From positions 1 through 64,000 of the IMG/VR virus record IMGVR_UViG_3300034072_000514: DNA of 64,000 nt. The stretch is one strand, 5' to 3'. Under the pieces are notes generated by a model that was not told the origin of the DNA, made no database searches, and saw nothing but the letters and a program-made list of their open reading frames with translations. This document shows positions 44,431-55,138 of this stretch, one piece after another; within the stretch, counting starts at the first letter, position 1, and each line of letters begins with the position of its first letter. This DNA comes from a virus. Both the position numbers and the translations under genes were made by a program.

Positions 44431-45739
44431 GATTGTTCTTCATCCAGGGCAATCAAAGGCTATCGCTCATTTGTTCCCTTCTATTGGTGCTAAATACGTA
44501 AGGTACGCACCTGTAGTAGCCTCTCGGGGTTTCGGTAAGTCTTATGCGGCTGCCTCTGCAAGTATGATGGGTGTTAATGAGCTACTGCGCATGCCTATTA
44601 GTGTTCCTAATAAGAATGTGAGTATCATTGCACCTACATTTGACCAAGTAACAGATATCTACTGGCCCTTGCTGGCTCATGTGATGGGCCTTGAACGGTT
44701 AGCTATTAAGTCCTCTAGAGACCTAGGTAGATTCTGGTTTAAGAACGGCACACAACTACGTTTATGGTCTTATGAGGCTATTGAGCGTATGCGTGGTACA
44801 GGCCAGTTCATGGTGGCGCTTGATGAGGTGACCTCTTGGAGAGGTAAGCCTGGTTTGCAAGACGCATGGGAGTCGATCATTCACCCTGCTATGGTAACCC
44901 GATGGGCTGACAATCATCGTGGACTGATCATCTCAACACCAAGAGGCTACGATTACTTCTATGACATGACTAACATGCAGGAGAAGGATGATCGTTGGAA
45001 GACCTTTCACTACAGCTATCGTGATTCTCCGTACCTTAGTGCTGAGGAGATTGAGCGTATTAAGGCCAACACTGACCCACTTAAGTTTGCTCGTGAGTAT
45101 GAGGCTAACTTTAAGGAATCTGGCTCTGGTGTGTTCTACATGTTCAGCCGCGATGATCATGTTACTCGAAACATTGATGACTGGCAGAATGGTGAGGATG
45201 TGCATGCGTGTATCGACTTTAACGTAGGTATTCAAGCGACCAGTATCTTTGCTCTTAGAAGTAACCAAATGCACTTCTTAGATGAGATGCAAGGGCATCC
45301 CGACACAGACTCTCTTGCGAAGAGACTCAAGCACCAATTCATCGACAAAGGTCATAAGGTGTACGCTTACCCTGACCCATCAGGTAACTCTAGGAAGACG
45401 TCTGCTCCTGTAGGGCAAACAGACTTTAGCATTCTTGAAGCTCATGGTATCTCTGTTAGAGTTAAAGGGCAGGTGCCTTTGGTTGATAGCGCTAATGCTG
45501 TTAACCGCATGCTGATGAACGGTAGTGGGCAAATCAATATGTACTTCCATACAGACCGTGTACCTAACACAATTCGTTCTATTGAGCGCACTGTGTGGGT
45601 GGAGGGTAAGCCTGAGAGTGCCACAATTGACAAATCTATGGGTGTTGAGCACTGGTCAGACGGTATCCGTTACGCTACTCAATACTTGTTTCCTATTATT
45701 CGTTTCCAGTTCAAGTCTGGTCAAGGCCATACATTCTAG
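44423..45739 (+). CDS. Terminase large subunit
   Basis: Walker A-like SRGFGKSYAA, Walker B MVALDEV, and nuclease-domain ACIDFNVG and YPDPSGNSR. ATG at 44423 lies within ORF 44315..45739. Confidence 0.8.
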   Translation: MPKIVLHPGQSKAIAHLFPSIGAKYVRYAPVVASRGFGKSYAAASASMMGVNELLRMPISVPNKNVSIIAPTFDQVTDIYWPLLAHVMGLERLAIKSSRDLGRFWFKNGTQLRLWSYEAIERMRGTGQFMVALDEVTSWRGKPGLQDAWESIIHPAMVTRWADNHRGLIISTPRGYDYFYDMTNMQEKDDRWKTFHYSYRDSPYLSAEEIERIKANTDPLKFAREYEANFKESGSGVFYMFSRDDHVTRNIDDWQNGEDVHACIDFNVGIQATSIFALRSNQMHFLDEMQGHPDTDSLAKRLKHQFIDKGHKVYAYPDPSGNSRKTSAPVGQTDFSILEAHGISVRVKGQVPLVDSANAVNRMLMNGSGQINMYFHTDRVPNTIRSIERTVWVEGKPESATIDKSMGVEHWSDGIRYATQYLFPIIRFQFKSGQGHTF

Positions 45740-45746
45740 GAGGACT

Positions 45747-46154
45747 ATGGTGTTCACTAAACTTAGCTCGTCAGATCACATCTTTAAACCTGTTAGAGGT
45801 AGAATTGAGGGTCGTATTTGCAAAATCATGATGGGCTCTACTAAGCCAGTTGAAAGGCTCTACACAGAGAGCATGGGTGAAGTTAGCGAAGGGTTGCTTC
45901 TTAGCATGTCCAACACTAGCTTGGTTAAGGCTGAGCCTATTCTGCGGATGGCCCTTAAGGAGCTCCAAAGAGAGACTGAGATTCCTTTGATTCATAGCGA
46001 TGTGTTTAAGCACAGCAAGGAATGGCTTATTCACATCGTCCCCAAGAGGGCTCTCCCAGAAGCTACTCTAATGAGGTTTAGCACTGTGATTGTAAACAAA
46101 GCAAGGCGTATCGGCTTTGGTAACCTTGATATCACGGTGGTCGCAGAGGAATAG
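45747..46154 (+). CDS. Hypothetical protein
   Basis: ATG follows taggagg, in the frame of ORF 45525..46154. Confidence 0.55.
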   Translation: MVFTKLSSSDHIFKPVRGRIEGRICKIMMGSTKPVERLYTESMGEVSEGLLLSMSNTSLVKAEPILRMALKELQRETEIPLIHSDVFKHSKEWLIHIVPKRALPEATLMRFSTVIVNKARRIGFGNLDITVVAEE

Positions 46155-46206
46155 CTTCACTCTGTTCTACTTATAGTTTATTAACTTTTCTGAGGATCTT
46201 CAATAC

Positions 46207-46959
46207 ATGCCCAAAGGTACTCCACGCAAGGAACGCACTAACGCTACACGACCTGCTCGCGGTAGCTCTAATTATGCAGCTAAGCATGATCAGTATAGTG
46301 GCGGTAAGTTCCATATCACAGCTAAGAACGTTAAACAACAGTTCTTGCTAGATAGTATTGAAGGCTCGGCTATTACGGTAGCTCTCGGCCCTGCAGGTAC
46401 AGGTAAGACTTATGTGTCTGTAAAGAAGGCTGTGCAGCTATTCATGCAGACAGGTTCAGGCTATAGGAAGATTATCCTTGCTCGCAGTATCATCCCTACA
46501 GGTAAGTCTATGGGCTACCTTCCTGGAGACGTGACTGAGAAGCTTGTACCGTGGGTGCTCCCTATGCTGAGCGTTATTGAGGATTCACTCGGTAAGAGCC
46601 AGATGGAGTATCTGATGGCTACAGATGCGATTGAGATTCAACCTCTTGAGACTATTCGTGGACGCTCATTTGAGAATGCGCTTATCCTTATTGACGAGGC
46701 TCAAAACCTTGACTTTGAGGAGATTAAGGCCATCACTACTCGCCTTGGTGAGGGTAGCAAGATGATTCTTATGGGTGACGCATGGCAGTCTGATATTCGC
46801 GGTGACACACCTTTGCTGGACTTCTGTGCTATGTGCGAACGGGCTAACATTAGCATCCCTGTGGTGCAATTCTCTATCAATGAGATTGTGCGTAGTGATA
46901 TTGTCGGTGCGCTCGTTAAGATGTTTCATCTTGAAGGCCGTATGGGCCATCGGGACTAG
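46207..46959 (+). CDS. phoH: PhoH-like ATPase
   Basis: GPAGTGKTYV, ILIDEAQNL and MGDAWQSD. Confidence 0.85.
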   Translation: MPKGTPRKERTNATRPARGSSNYAAKHDQYSGGKFHITAKNVKQQFLLDSIEGSAITVALGPAGTGKTYVSVKKAVQLFMQTGSGYRKIILARSIIPTGKSMGYLPGDVTEKLVPWVLPMLSVIEDSLGKSQMEYLMATDAIEIQPLETIRGRSFENALILIDEAQNLDFEEIKAITTRLGEGSKMILMGDAWQSDIRGDTPLLDFCAMCERANISIPVVQFSINEIVRSDIVGALVKMFHLEGRMGHRD

Positions 46960-47028
46960 ATATGCGTGATCTCAATCCAATCTCTATCTAACCAATTTAA
47001 TAACTAACGATCTTTGAAAGGATCACTA

Positions 47029-48591
47029 ATGCTGTTTAATGTAACAGGACAAACACGGCGTACTGTGGGTGATCCTAATGAGAAATACACAGCCATGCAG
47101 GAGTCGTGGCGACGTGCTCGTGCTATCATGGGTGGAGAGGCTACAGCTAAGGCTGCGGATTTGATTTTGGACACCACTACATTCTCCAATCTGCTGCTGC
47201 CGTTCAGTACTAATATGACGCAGGCTCAGTACGATTTCTACAAAGCAGAAGCAGAGCTACCTGGGCTTACAGGGCAGTATGCTAGCGCACTAATAGGGGG
47301 CTTGCTGAGGAAGCAACCACAATTCACTTTACCTAAATCGTTAGATAACGAAGAGAACCGTACTTGGCTCAATAACTCTTTTGGTGCTCAGGGACAAAGT
47401 CTGGTTAGCTTCCTTGCTGATGCACTTGCTGAGGAAATGCAGACATCTCGTGCGTGGGTTCTTGTTGAGACTAGTGCTGGTGTGAATGCTGCGGAAGTTA
47501 AACCTTTTGCTGTTAATCTTCCTGCTGAGTCTGTTATTAACTGGCGTAGGGATGAGAATCAGCGGCTTATCAAGCTTACTCTCCGGTACTACACTGAAGA
47601 GTTTGAAGAGGACAACCCGCATCATCCAACCTATGTTGACACTGTTAGCGATTACAACATCGTTAACAACCAGCTTGTTGTAACCAAATACAAGCGTAAA
47701 CGTAAGCAGAACACGGCACCTACTCGCGAGGGTAATGTAGTAGTTTCTCCTCCAATGGAAGCTTCTGCCGAGGAATGGGAACAGTTTGCTACACTAGTAC
47801 CTCTGTTGAGGGGTGAACCTATGACGTTTATCCCTGCATGGCCTCTTAATGGCAGCATTGAGGTTCAGAAGCCTATGAATCAGACGCTGGTTGACCGTGA
47901 GATTTCCCTGTACAACAAGGTATCTCGCCGCAACCACCTACTGTACGGGGCGTGTACGTATACTCCTGTTATTAGCGGTAACTTCCCTGATGATGACAGC
48001 TTTCAACGTATGGTGGTCAATAAGGGTCTTGGCAGTTGGCTTAACATCCCTGAGGGTGCATCAGCTACTATTCTACAGACACCTACAGCTGCTATTAAGG
48101 ATATCAACGAAAGTATCGAGCAGAACGTTGCAGAGATGTCCCGTATGGGTATCCGTATGCTTACCCCTGACGGCACTGCTGCTGAATCGGGTGTAGCTCT
48201 TGAGATCAAGAACGCTTCTCAGACAAGTCAGCTAGGTCTGCTTAACAATAAGGCTAGCAAGTCTCTTGAGATCATCATTAGCATGATGCTTCATATGCGC
48301 TATGACATTGCTTTTAGTGACGCGCAGGAAGAAACCAGCTTTACCCTTAGTGTGGACTTCAATCCTACTCCGCTTGGTGCAGACTGGATGCGGTTGGTTA
48401 CTGAGTGGTATGAAGGCCGCAAGATTCCTCGTAGTGTGTTCTTGCAGATTGCTAAGCAGAATGATATCTTACCTATGGACTATGATGACAAGGTCGGTCA
48501 ACAGGAGATTGAGCAAGACCCTCTGATTATGGACGCTATGCCGTCAGCTAAAGTCGATGTAGAAAACGCTCTTAGAAAGGCTCAACAATGA
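47029..48591 (+). CDS. Probable portal protein
   Basis: 520-aa ORF between the terminase/PhoH genes and the MuF-domain gene. The call rests on size and position only. Confidence 0.6.
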   Translation: MLFNVTGQTRRTVGDPNEKYTAMQESWRRARAIMGGEATAKAADLILDTTTFSNLLLPFSTNMTQAQYDFYKAEAELPGLTGQYASALIGGLLRKQPQFTLPKSLDNEENRTWLNNSFGAQGQSLVSFLADALAEEMQTSRAWVLVETSAGVNAAEVKPFAVNLPAESVINWRRDENQRLIKLTLRYYTEEFEEDNPHHPTYVDTVSDYNIVNNQLVVTKYKRKRKQNTAPTREGNVVVSPPMEASAEEWEQFATLVPLLRGEPMTFIPAWPLNGSIEVQKPMNQTLVDREISLYNKVSRRNHLLYGACTYTPVISGNFPDDDSFQRMVVNKGLGSWLNIPEGASATILQTPTAAIKDINESIEQNVAEMSRMGIRMLTPDGTAAESGVALEIKNASQTSQLGLLNNKASKSLEIIISMMLHMRYDIAFSDAQEETSFTLSVDFNPTPLGADWMRLVTEWYEGRKIPRSVFLQIAKQNDILPMDYDDKVGQQEIEQDPLIMDAMPSAKVDVENALRKAQQ

Positions 48592-48692
48592 GTAATAATC
48601 CATCTCTTATTGGTATTTGGGTTACCGTAGTGGCGGTAATCTCTGCGGTGGTGATCACACTATCTAAGGTGATGTATGCTACAGCGTGCTAA
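48588..48692 (+). CDS. Small membrane peptide (34 aa)
   Basis: ATGA overlap with the portal stop. Contains IGIWVTVVAVISAVVITL. Confidence 0.4.
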   Translation: MSNNPSLIGIWVTVVAVISAVVITLSKVMYATAC

Positions 48693-49173
48693 GCTCTTGG
48701 TTACTGTGCTTGCTGTGACACTCTTGATGGGTTGCTCACAGCTTGTAGGCTTGCTTAAACCTGGAGGCATTAACGCTAATGCTCAGCTAGGTAAAGAGAA
48801 CACACAGCAGGTTGTGGCTAATCAGAAGGTTGAGGAGGTTACTGTAACAGGTAATACCGGTGAAACTTCTGTAGTAAAAGCGGAGTCTGCTGTAGTTGCT
48901 GAAAAGGTAGATAAGGTGGTCACTGCAGCTAGCACAAAAGCTGTAGTGGCTGGTCCTACTGTAGCCCCTAGTGTTGTATCGGAGCATGTAGAGCAGATCA
49001 AAACAAGCAATAAAGCTCAAGAAGTCGTAGCTGGCCCTGGTAGTCAGGTGATTGTTAATCAGACTGACCGCTATCCAGCTTGGCTTATTCTTTTGTTGGT
49101 TATAGGGTGGGTTCTACCTACTCCTGTAGCTATTCTAAATTGGGTTCTAAATAAGTTCCGCAGATCAAACTAA
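48676..49173 (+). CDS. Lipoprotein with a C-terminal transmembrane helix (u-spanin-like topology)
   Basis: Lipobox LLMGC after a signal sequence, and a C-terminal YPAWLILLLVIGWVLPTPVAILNWVL. Confidence 0.6.
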   Translation: MLQRAKLLVTVLAVTLLMGCSQLVGLLKPGGINANAQLGKENTQQVVANQKVEEVTVTGNTGETSVVKAESAVVAEKVDKVVTAASTKAVVAGPTVAPSVVSEHVEQIKTSNKAQEVVAGPGSQVIVNQTDRYPAWLILLLVIGWVLPTPVAILNWVLNKFRRSN

Positions 49174-49183
49174 AGGAAGATAA

Positions 49184-52100
49184 ATGTCATATAACCAAGA
49201 GATTTATGACCGTGTAGTGCAGCATTTAGCTGACACAAGGTTATATGAAGCAGAGACTCAAAGTAACGCTTCAAATGCTATTCAAAGGCATCGCCTGCGC
49301 TTGGCTGATCTCTTGGCTAGAGACATTCGGGCAGATGTCGGACCGGAAGTGAACCGTGCTATGACTGAGGTGAACTCTATTACTAGCACGGCAATCACAG
49401 AGTATGGATCTGCTGCTATTACTTTCAATGTTAATAATCTTAACAAGTCTATTGGCAGCTTCTTCACAGTTCGTAAGCCAACTGGAGTAGACGTGCTGCA
49501 AGAGATTGTGGGTAGTAATATTGGTGTTAGCAAAACGCTGGCTCAGCAGTTTAACTCTATCGGAGAGCATGAGCTTATCAGGCTCCAGCAGATCATTGGT
49601 AGAGGTATTCTTGCTAAGGCCTCTCAGGCTGAGATCATTAAGGAGGCTCTTGGTGCTACCTCAATGACAGAGAATCAAGTGCGAGCTCTTGTGCGAACTT
49701 CGCTTACCCGTACTCAGTCAGTAGCTATAGATCGTGTGATGGAGGCTAATGCTGATGTTGTACAAGGTTATAGGTTCACAGCAGTATTAGACGCTAGGAC
49801 TTCAGCTATCTGCTCAGGTCTTGACGGTAAGGTCTTTCCTCTTTCAGAGAAGAAATACCGACCACCAATGCACTGGAATTGTCGTAGTAGTACCGTACCT
49901 GTTCTGAAGAACAAGGCTGACTTGCTATCTACAGACTCCACACGCATCAATAAGAAGGCTCTTGAAGCGCAAAACATAAAGAATCTACAAGGCGATGTAC
50001 CTAAAGTAGAGGATTATGGCGGATGGCTTCGTAGGCAACCTATGGAGGTCAAACTGCAGCATCTAGGTAGCGAAGAACGGGTATCTCTATTTGAGAAGGG
50101 TACGCTTGCTGTTAAGGAATTCTTTACCAGTACAGGTAACCAGATTAGCCTTGCTACTTTACGTAGGCTGGACAACATGCGCACAACAATCTTTCCTAAT
50201 AGGCAGGTCGCATTGGCTAAGGCTGCAGAGGATGGCTTTATGGTTAAGGCTAGCCGTCCTTATGACGTACTACGGTCTCCTCAAATTCAGAATGAGCTGA
50301 AGGCTATGTATATATCTGATGCGAGCAGTATGAACCAACCTATGTCACTAGTAGACTTCCGAGGTACATCACTTGCAGGTAAGCGGGCTACTCGTATCAG
50401 GTCGAATAACGAGTTCGATGAGCGCAACACATCTTGGGATCCTTTTACTGGAGAAGTAAAGAGTACTTTGTTGTACGACCCTGATTTCAATGTGTATCAG
50501 GAGCGTAAAGACTTCTTGTATGCAAGCAAGATTCTGACTAAAGACCAAAAAGACTTTATTGCTTCCTTTGTAGAGAGTCTCGAGGATTCTATTAGTGTCA
50601 ACCAGCAGTCTGCTGTGCTTGAGAATCTTCGCGTTGTGTTTGAGCGTTATGCTAAGGACAAGAAGCCTTGGACAGACCTGATGAATGTCTTGCGAGCAGA
50701 GTCTCAGTACTCTGTAGTAAACGTAAGCCGTATCTTGGACAGGCGTAGTAGAGAGCGGGCTGACTTGTTTAGTAAATACCTCAGTGGTGAGGAACCTAAG
50801 GTGCAGATCTTCGGTGAGTACTACAACTTTGATCAATTATCTGAGCGGCAGCTCGACAATCAGCGGTATATTGACAACTGGAAAAATACTGTAGGTAGGG
50901 AAAAGGCTAGGGACGCTTACTACAGCAAAACTACACCGCTAAGGCAGTTCTTATTTGATCCAAAAGGTAAGTCTAAGAGTTGGTTAAAACAGCTTAAGTC
51001 TGCGCTAGAGAAAGAGTTCCCTGCAGTTAAGCAGCTTGAAGGGTGGGGTAATCCTACTGAGAGCCTCTTGCAAAAGGCTAGTAGGAATCTGCGGGAGAGC
51101 TATCGTAACATCGTTGACCTTGAGTTCTTGTTTCAGCAGAGTAAGAATTCAACCATAAAGTCGCTGTTTAGCCAAATGTTCTTTGGGACTACTAAGGGTA
51201 AAACTTTCACAGATGCACTACTGTCTGAAGGTCTGAATGACGCTAAGGGTATTGACGTATTTGCAGATGTGATGACCCTTGTTGCAGACGGTAAGAGTAC
51301 TGACTATGACTCGCTTGCTATTAACATTGGCAAGAAGATCAACGAGAAGTGGCCTATCGACTTCCCTTTAAGAGCGGTCACTCTGGCTGACCACCATAAG
51401 GCAGGTAGCCGTATTCTTGAAGCTCTGAGGGACCAGAAGAAGATTCGTGTAGTGTCTCGTGGTGTTGTTCGTAGAGCGGCCATTGATATTGATACAGGAC
51501 GTCCTAGCGGTGCATGGCAAGATACTGTCAGCCGTGAGGTTACCATTCTTGACCCTGATATGCTTGAGCTTCAAAAGAGGAACAGGCAGAATATTATCGC
51601 TCAGCGTCTTGGTGTTGTGAGTGATAGGGATAGACTATACGTACGCCCTGGAGAAAAGACTTATTTCGATGCAAGAGGTAAAAATACAGGGCAATCTATT
51701 ATCACTCGTAGGGCGTCTGCTAACTACGATAAGCTGATTGTAGATCGCGATTTTGCAGACATGCTTAATCATACTATGACGGTTGAGTACGAGACTGACA
51801 AGACCTTTGCTAGCTTCATGGATGATGTTGTTCGTTTTAGAGACCCGCGTGGGCAAGTTCAGAAGTATGACGATCTGAATGATTTTCGTAAACTTATTCT
51901 TCAACGGGGAGACCAAGGTTTTGGTTTTATGCAAACAGTTAAATGGCATACTCAGCGGGGAAAGCCCTTTAAGGTTCTTGCTCAAATTGACGGTCGTGGC
52001 CGGGTCTACTATCAAGGCTATCTAACTCCTACCGGGGGTGAGGTGGTTCGACCTTTCCTGAATAGTGCAGTGGCACGACAATTTGGGCCTGAAGAGCTAC

Positions 52101-52627
52101 AAGAGCTATCCATCCAGCTAGGGGCTATGATCGGTCCTGCTACTGAGGCACTTACTCAAGCAGGCCGTATGGAGATATTTATTCGTAATGAAAAGGACGT
52201 TCTTAGTTTGGGTAGGCTGATGATGAGCACTACTCAGAGAGACCGACGAATTAGAGAGTTCCTTGAGCACCCTCTTATTCGCTCTCATGATGCAGAAGAA
52301 ATTCCTAAGATTTCTCGTATGGCACTTGAATATGCCCGCGTATATGATCATGTTGGAGGTAATTTCGGTGATCTCGCTAAGCTACGTACTTATAACACAA
52401 AGCTAATGATTGAGAACGACGCTTCCTCTTCGGGAGCTCAGATTATTGGGCTCTCTACGGGTGATCGATCTATCTCTATTAATAGTAATGTGCTTGCAAC
52501 TGACAAGAAGAACCGACTGTATGACTTGGTCGCTATGGATACTGCTAGTGACCCAGAGTTCCATGCTATCAAGGCTCTTTCAGGAGCTAACATACAGTGG
52601 ACCGATCTTGCAAAAGCAGCTAAGGCT
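49184..52627 (+). CDS. MuF/SPP1-gp7 head-morphogenesis domain fused to a single-subunit RNA polymerase, exon 1
   Basis: YRFTAVLDARTSAICSGLDGKVF..PPMHWNCRSSTVPV (MuF), AQIDGRGRVYY (T/DxxGR) and MIENDASSSGAQIIG (motif A). Confidence 0.85.
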
Positions 52628-53392
52628 TAACATAATGGGTCTTTTAAAATTCCGTTAATTGCTGGGACACCTCACGAAATGAGGCAATCAGCAGCCAAGC
52701 TTAAGTAGGAATACTTTTGAAGGTTCAACGACTAGAGTGTACAATCCAGGCCGGATTATGAGACTCGTAGGGCGCAAGTGCGTTCGAAACGCGGAACAGG
52801 TAGAAATACTTGAAGATATAGTCTGAACTATATAGTGATATATAGGATTAATTGGGACACAAATATGGAAATAATTTGGAAGAATTTCGAAGATACTGAC
52901 TATATTGTTAGTAATACTGGTATAATTATAAATACAAGAACTAACAAAACTATTAACCAGTTTCCGGGAGGTACTGGTGGGTATATGATGGTCAATATCT
53001 GGCACAATAAAATGAACAGAATTGTTGCTGTACATCGTGTAGTGGCAGAAACATTTATTCCAAATCCGTTAAATAAGAGAACTGTAAATCATATCGATGG
53101 CAATAAGCTTAATAATTTCGTAAATAATTTAGAGTGGTCTACCTATTCTGAAAATTTGAAGCATGCAGTTGATACAGGGCTAAACCATCGAGGTATGGCA
53201 AAGCCTAACGCCAAATTAACTGACGATAAGGTAATTGAAATACGTAAACTCTTCCTTAACGGGGCTACAAATAGTGTAATAGCAAAGTTGTATAATGTTG
53301 CTGACGGAACTATTAGCCAAATTCGTAACGGATTCACATGGAAACATGTACAATTAATCGATAGTAATTAACGCCTACTATTTAACATAATG
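52628..53392 (+). mobile_element. Group I intron in the MuF-RNAP gene
   Basis: Joining 52627 to 53393 gives LAKAAKA|QNMVSFYGAG in frame (motif B K..YG). The core aattgctggga..cagcagccaagcttaagtag..ttgaaggttcaacgact..gatatagtctgaactata is related to the other three introns. The intron ends in ...acataatG. Confidence 0.75.
52865..53371 (+). CDS. Intron-encoded HNH homing endonuclease (NUMOD4 + HNH)
   Basis: WKNFEDTDYIVSNTGIIIN, then HRVVAETFIPNP..VNHIDGNKLNN..NLEW. Confidence 0.8.
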   Translation: MEIIWKNFEDTDYIVSNTGIIINTRTNKTINQFPGGTGGYMMVNIWHNKMNRIVAVHRVVAETFIPNPLNKRTVNHIDGNKLNNFVNNLEWSTYSENLKHAVDTGLNHRGMAKPNAKLTDDKVIEIRKLFLNGATNSVIAKLYNVADGTISQIRNGFTWKHVQLIDSN

Positions 53393-54397
53393 CAAAATAT
53401 GGTTAGCTTCTACGGGGCGGGTAAGGCCACTCAGGCAGCTAATATTGAAGCAAAGTTTGCTAAAGTACTAGAGGGTAAGGGATATACCGTTATCACGAAA
53501 GACTCTCTAAAAGCTGCGATAGCTCCTATTAACAAGGCGATTAAAGACGCGGAGTACTTAGGTGCAAGCGAAACCGCTAGGTCTCTTAAAGAAATTAAGA
53601 AAGAGCTCATAGAAGTAGTTAATGGTGAAACAGACATTGGCTATGACCTTATACAAGCGGCTAGGGATGTACATCCTGATGTTAGTCAGTTTGTAGATGA
53701 GCTAACAAACGTAAAAGTGGGTCTTATTGGGCCTGCACAGTTTAAGCAGGTGTCTGAGATTATGTCGAAGCATCTTGCCGAACGTGCTCCCGTTACTGGT
53801 AAGTTCGTGCAATTCTGGAAGCAAGCGTCTAAAGCGTTTATAAATGAAACAGAGAAGGTAGACATCCCGTGGGTAACCTTTGATGGCAAAGTACTTTATC
53901 AGCGTTATAGGCCTAAAATTCAGGAGAGCATCAACTTTATCGATCCTGTCACAGGTAGACGAGTTCGTAATATCTATCAGGATAGCGTAACAGATAGTAA
54001 TCTTCAGGGTAAGTCTAGCATAATTCGTGCTAGTATTGGCTTTGGAGTTAATGGTAACCACATGAATGATGCAACAATTGTTCGCAGATTTCATTTATGG
54101 GGTAAAAAGAATGGTGTAGGTACAGCTACTATCCACGATGCGTTCTTCACTAATATTGGAGATGCAACTAAGGCTAAGTGGGCTCTTAGAGAGATCTATG
54201 CGGATGCCCTTGATGGGGATACCATCCGGAATACACTAAAGAGGATGCGTGATGAAGGTATGTCTGAGGCTACTTATCAAGAGCTTCTTCGCGTAGCGCG
54301 AGAGGACGGCTTAATTGATCCTCCCAACAAAATTACTAGAGCAGATGTGCTAGCAAAGATTCCAAAAGGAATGGACTGGTATGGTATTGGTCCATAG
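53393..54397 (+). CDS. MuF-RNAP fusion, exon 2
   Basis: FYGAG (motif B Tyr-Gly) and GTATIHDAFFTN (motif C). Confidence 0.85.
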   Translation, partial: QNMVSFYGAGKATQAANIEAKFAKVLEGKGYTVITKDSLKAAIAPINKAIKDAEYLGASETARSLKEIKKELIEVVNGETDIGYDLIQAARDVHPDVSQFVDELTNVKVGLIGPAQFKQVSEIMSKHLAERAPVTGKFVQFWKQASKAFINETEKVDIPWVTFDGKVLYQRYRPKIQESINFIDPVTGRRVRNIYQDSVTDSNLQGKSSIIRASIGFGVNGNHMNDATIVRRFHLWGKKNGVGTATIHDAFFTNIGDATKAKWALREIYADALDGDTIRNTLKRMRDEGMSEATYQELLRVAREDGLIDPPNKITRADVLAKIPKGMDWYGIGP

Positions 54398-54464
54398 TAT
54401 TCAATAGGTGCGGTAGATCTGTGATCATAACCGTTATTTCTGGCTGTGCCAAAAGGAAAATTAA

Positions 54465-55124
54465 ATGAAATTCAAACGTAATGCAGATGGTTCGTTGGTT
54501 CTTGATGATGCTGGTAACCCTATCCTGGAAGATGCAGGAGAAGAGGTAAACAACATCGTTCAGAGCAAGGTGTCGGAAGAGCTTAAGGCGATCAAAGAGA
54601 AGCTTGATAACGCTTATAAAGCTCGTGATGCCGCTGCGGCCAAGGCTGCTGAGCTAGCAGAAGCTCAACGTCTTGCTGATGTCAAGCGTCTTGAAGATGA
54701 AGGTAAGCATGCAGAAGTAGCGCAAATGAAGATCTCCCATATGGAAGGTCAACTGAAGGCTGCTCAAGCACGTATTACCGAACTTACTCGGGATGCTGCT
54801 GTGGATAGTGCTATTGGAGGTTTGAACTTCCAAAGCCCTGCTGCAGCTAAGGCAGCGCGCCGTGAAATTATTGACCAACTGGTCTGTGATGAAAACGGGG
54901 TGTGGATGCATAAGACGGGAGTTTCGATTAAGGACGCTGTTCTGGCTTTCGAGAAGCATGAAGACAATGCTTTCTTGTTTAAGCCTAAGCAAACTACTGG
55001 TACTGGATTTGATGCAAGTGGTAAACCCATTGACACATCGGCTGGTATTGGTGGTCGTAAAATGAGTGATATCCCTGTTGCCGAGATGCTCGCTTTGGCG
55101 GCTCAAGGTAAGATTAAAATGTAA
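54465..55124 (+). CDS. Probable scaffolding protein
   Basis: Ala/Glu/Lys-rich coiled-coil ORF immediately upstream of the capsid gene. Confidence 0.6.
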   Translation: MKFKRNADGSLVLDDAGNPILEDAGEEVNNIVQSKVSEELKAIKEKLDNAYKARDAAAAKAAELAEAQRLADVKRLEDEGKHAEVAQMKISHMEGQLKAAQARITELTRDAAVDSAIGGLNFQSPAAAKAARREIIDQLVCDENGVWMHKTGVSIKDAVLAFEKHEDNAFLFKPKQTTGTGFDASGKPIDTSAGIGGRKMSDIPVAEMLALAAQGKIKM

Positions 55125-55138
55125 AGGATTTTTGAAAA

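Noticed and set aside
52760-52800. A tRNA-like string (gcgttcgaaacgcgg) and a general search for tRNA genes.
   Set aside because: The string lies inside the group I intron core and has no acceptor/anticodon arm arrangement. I could not recognise a cloverleaf anywhere in the window by eye, and a tRNAscan run is still advisable.
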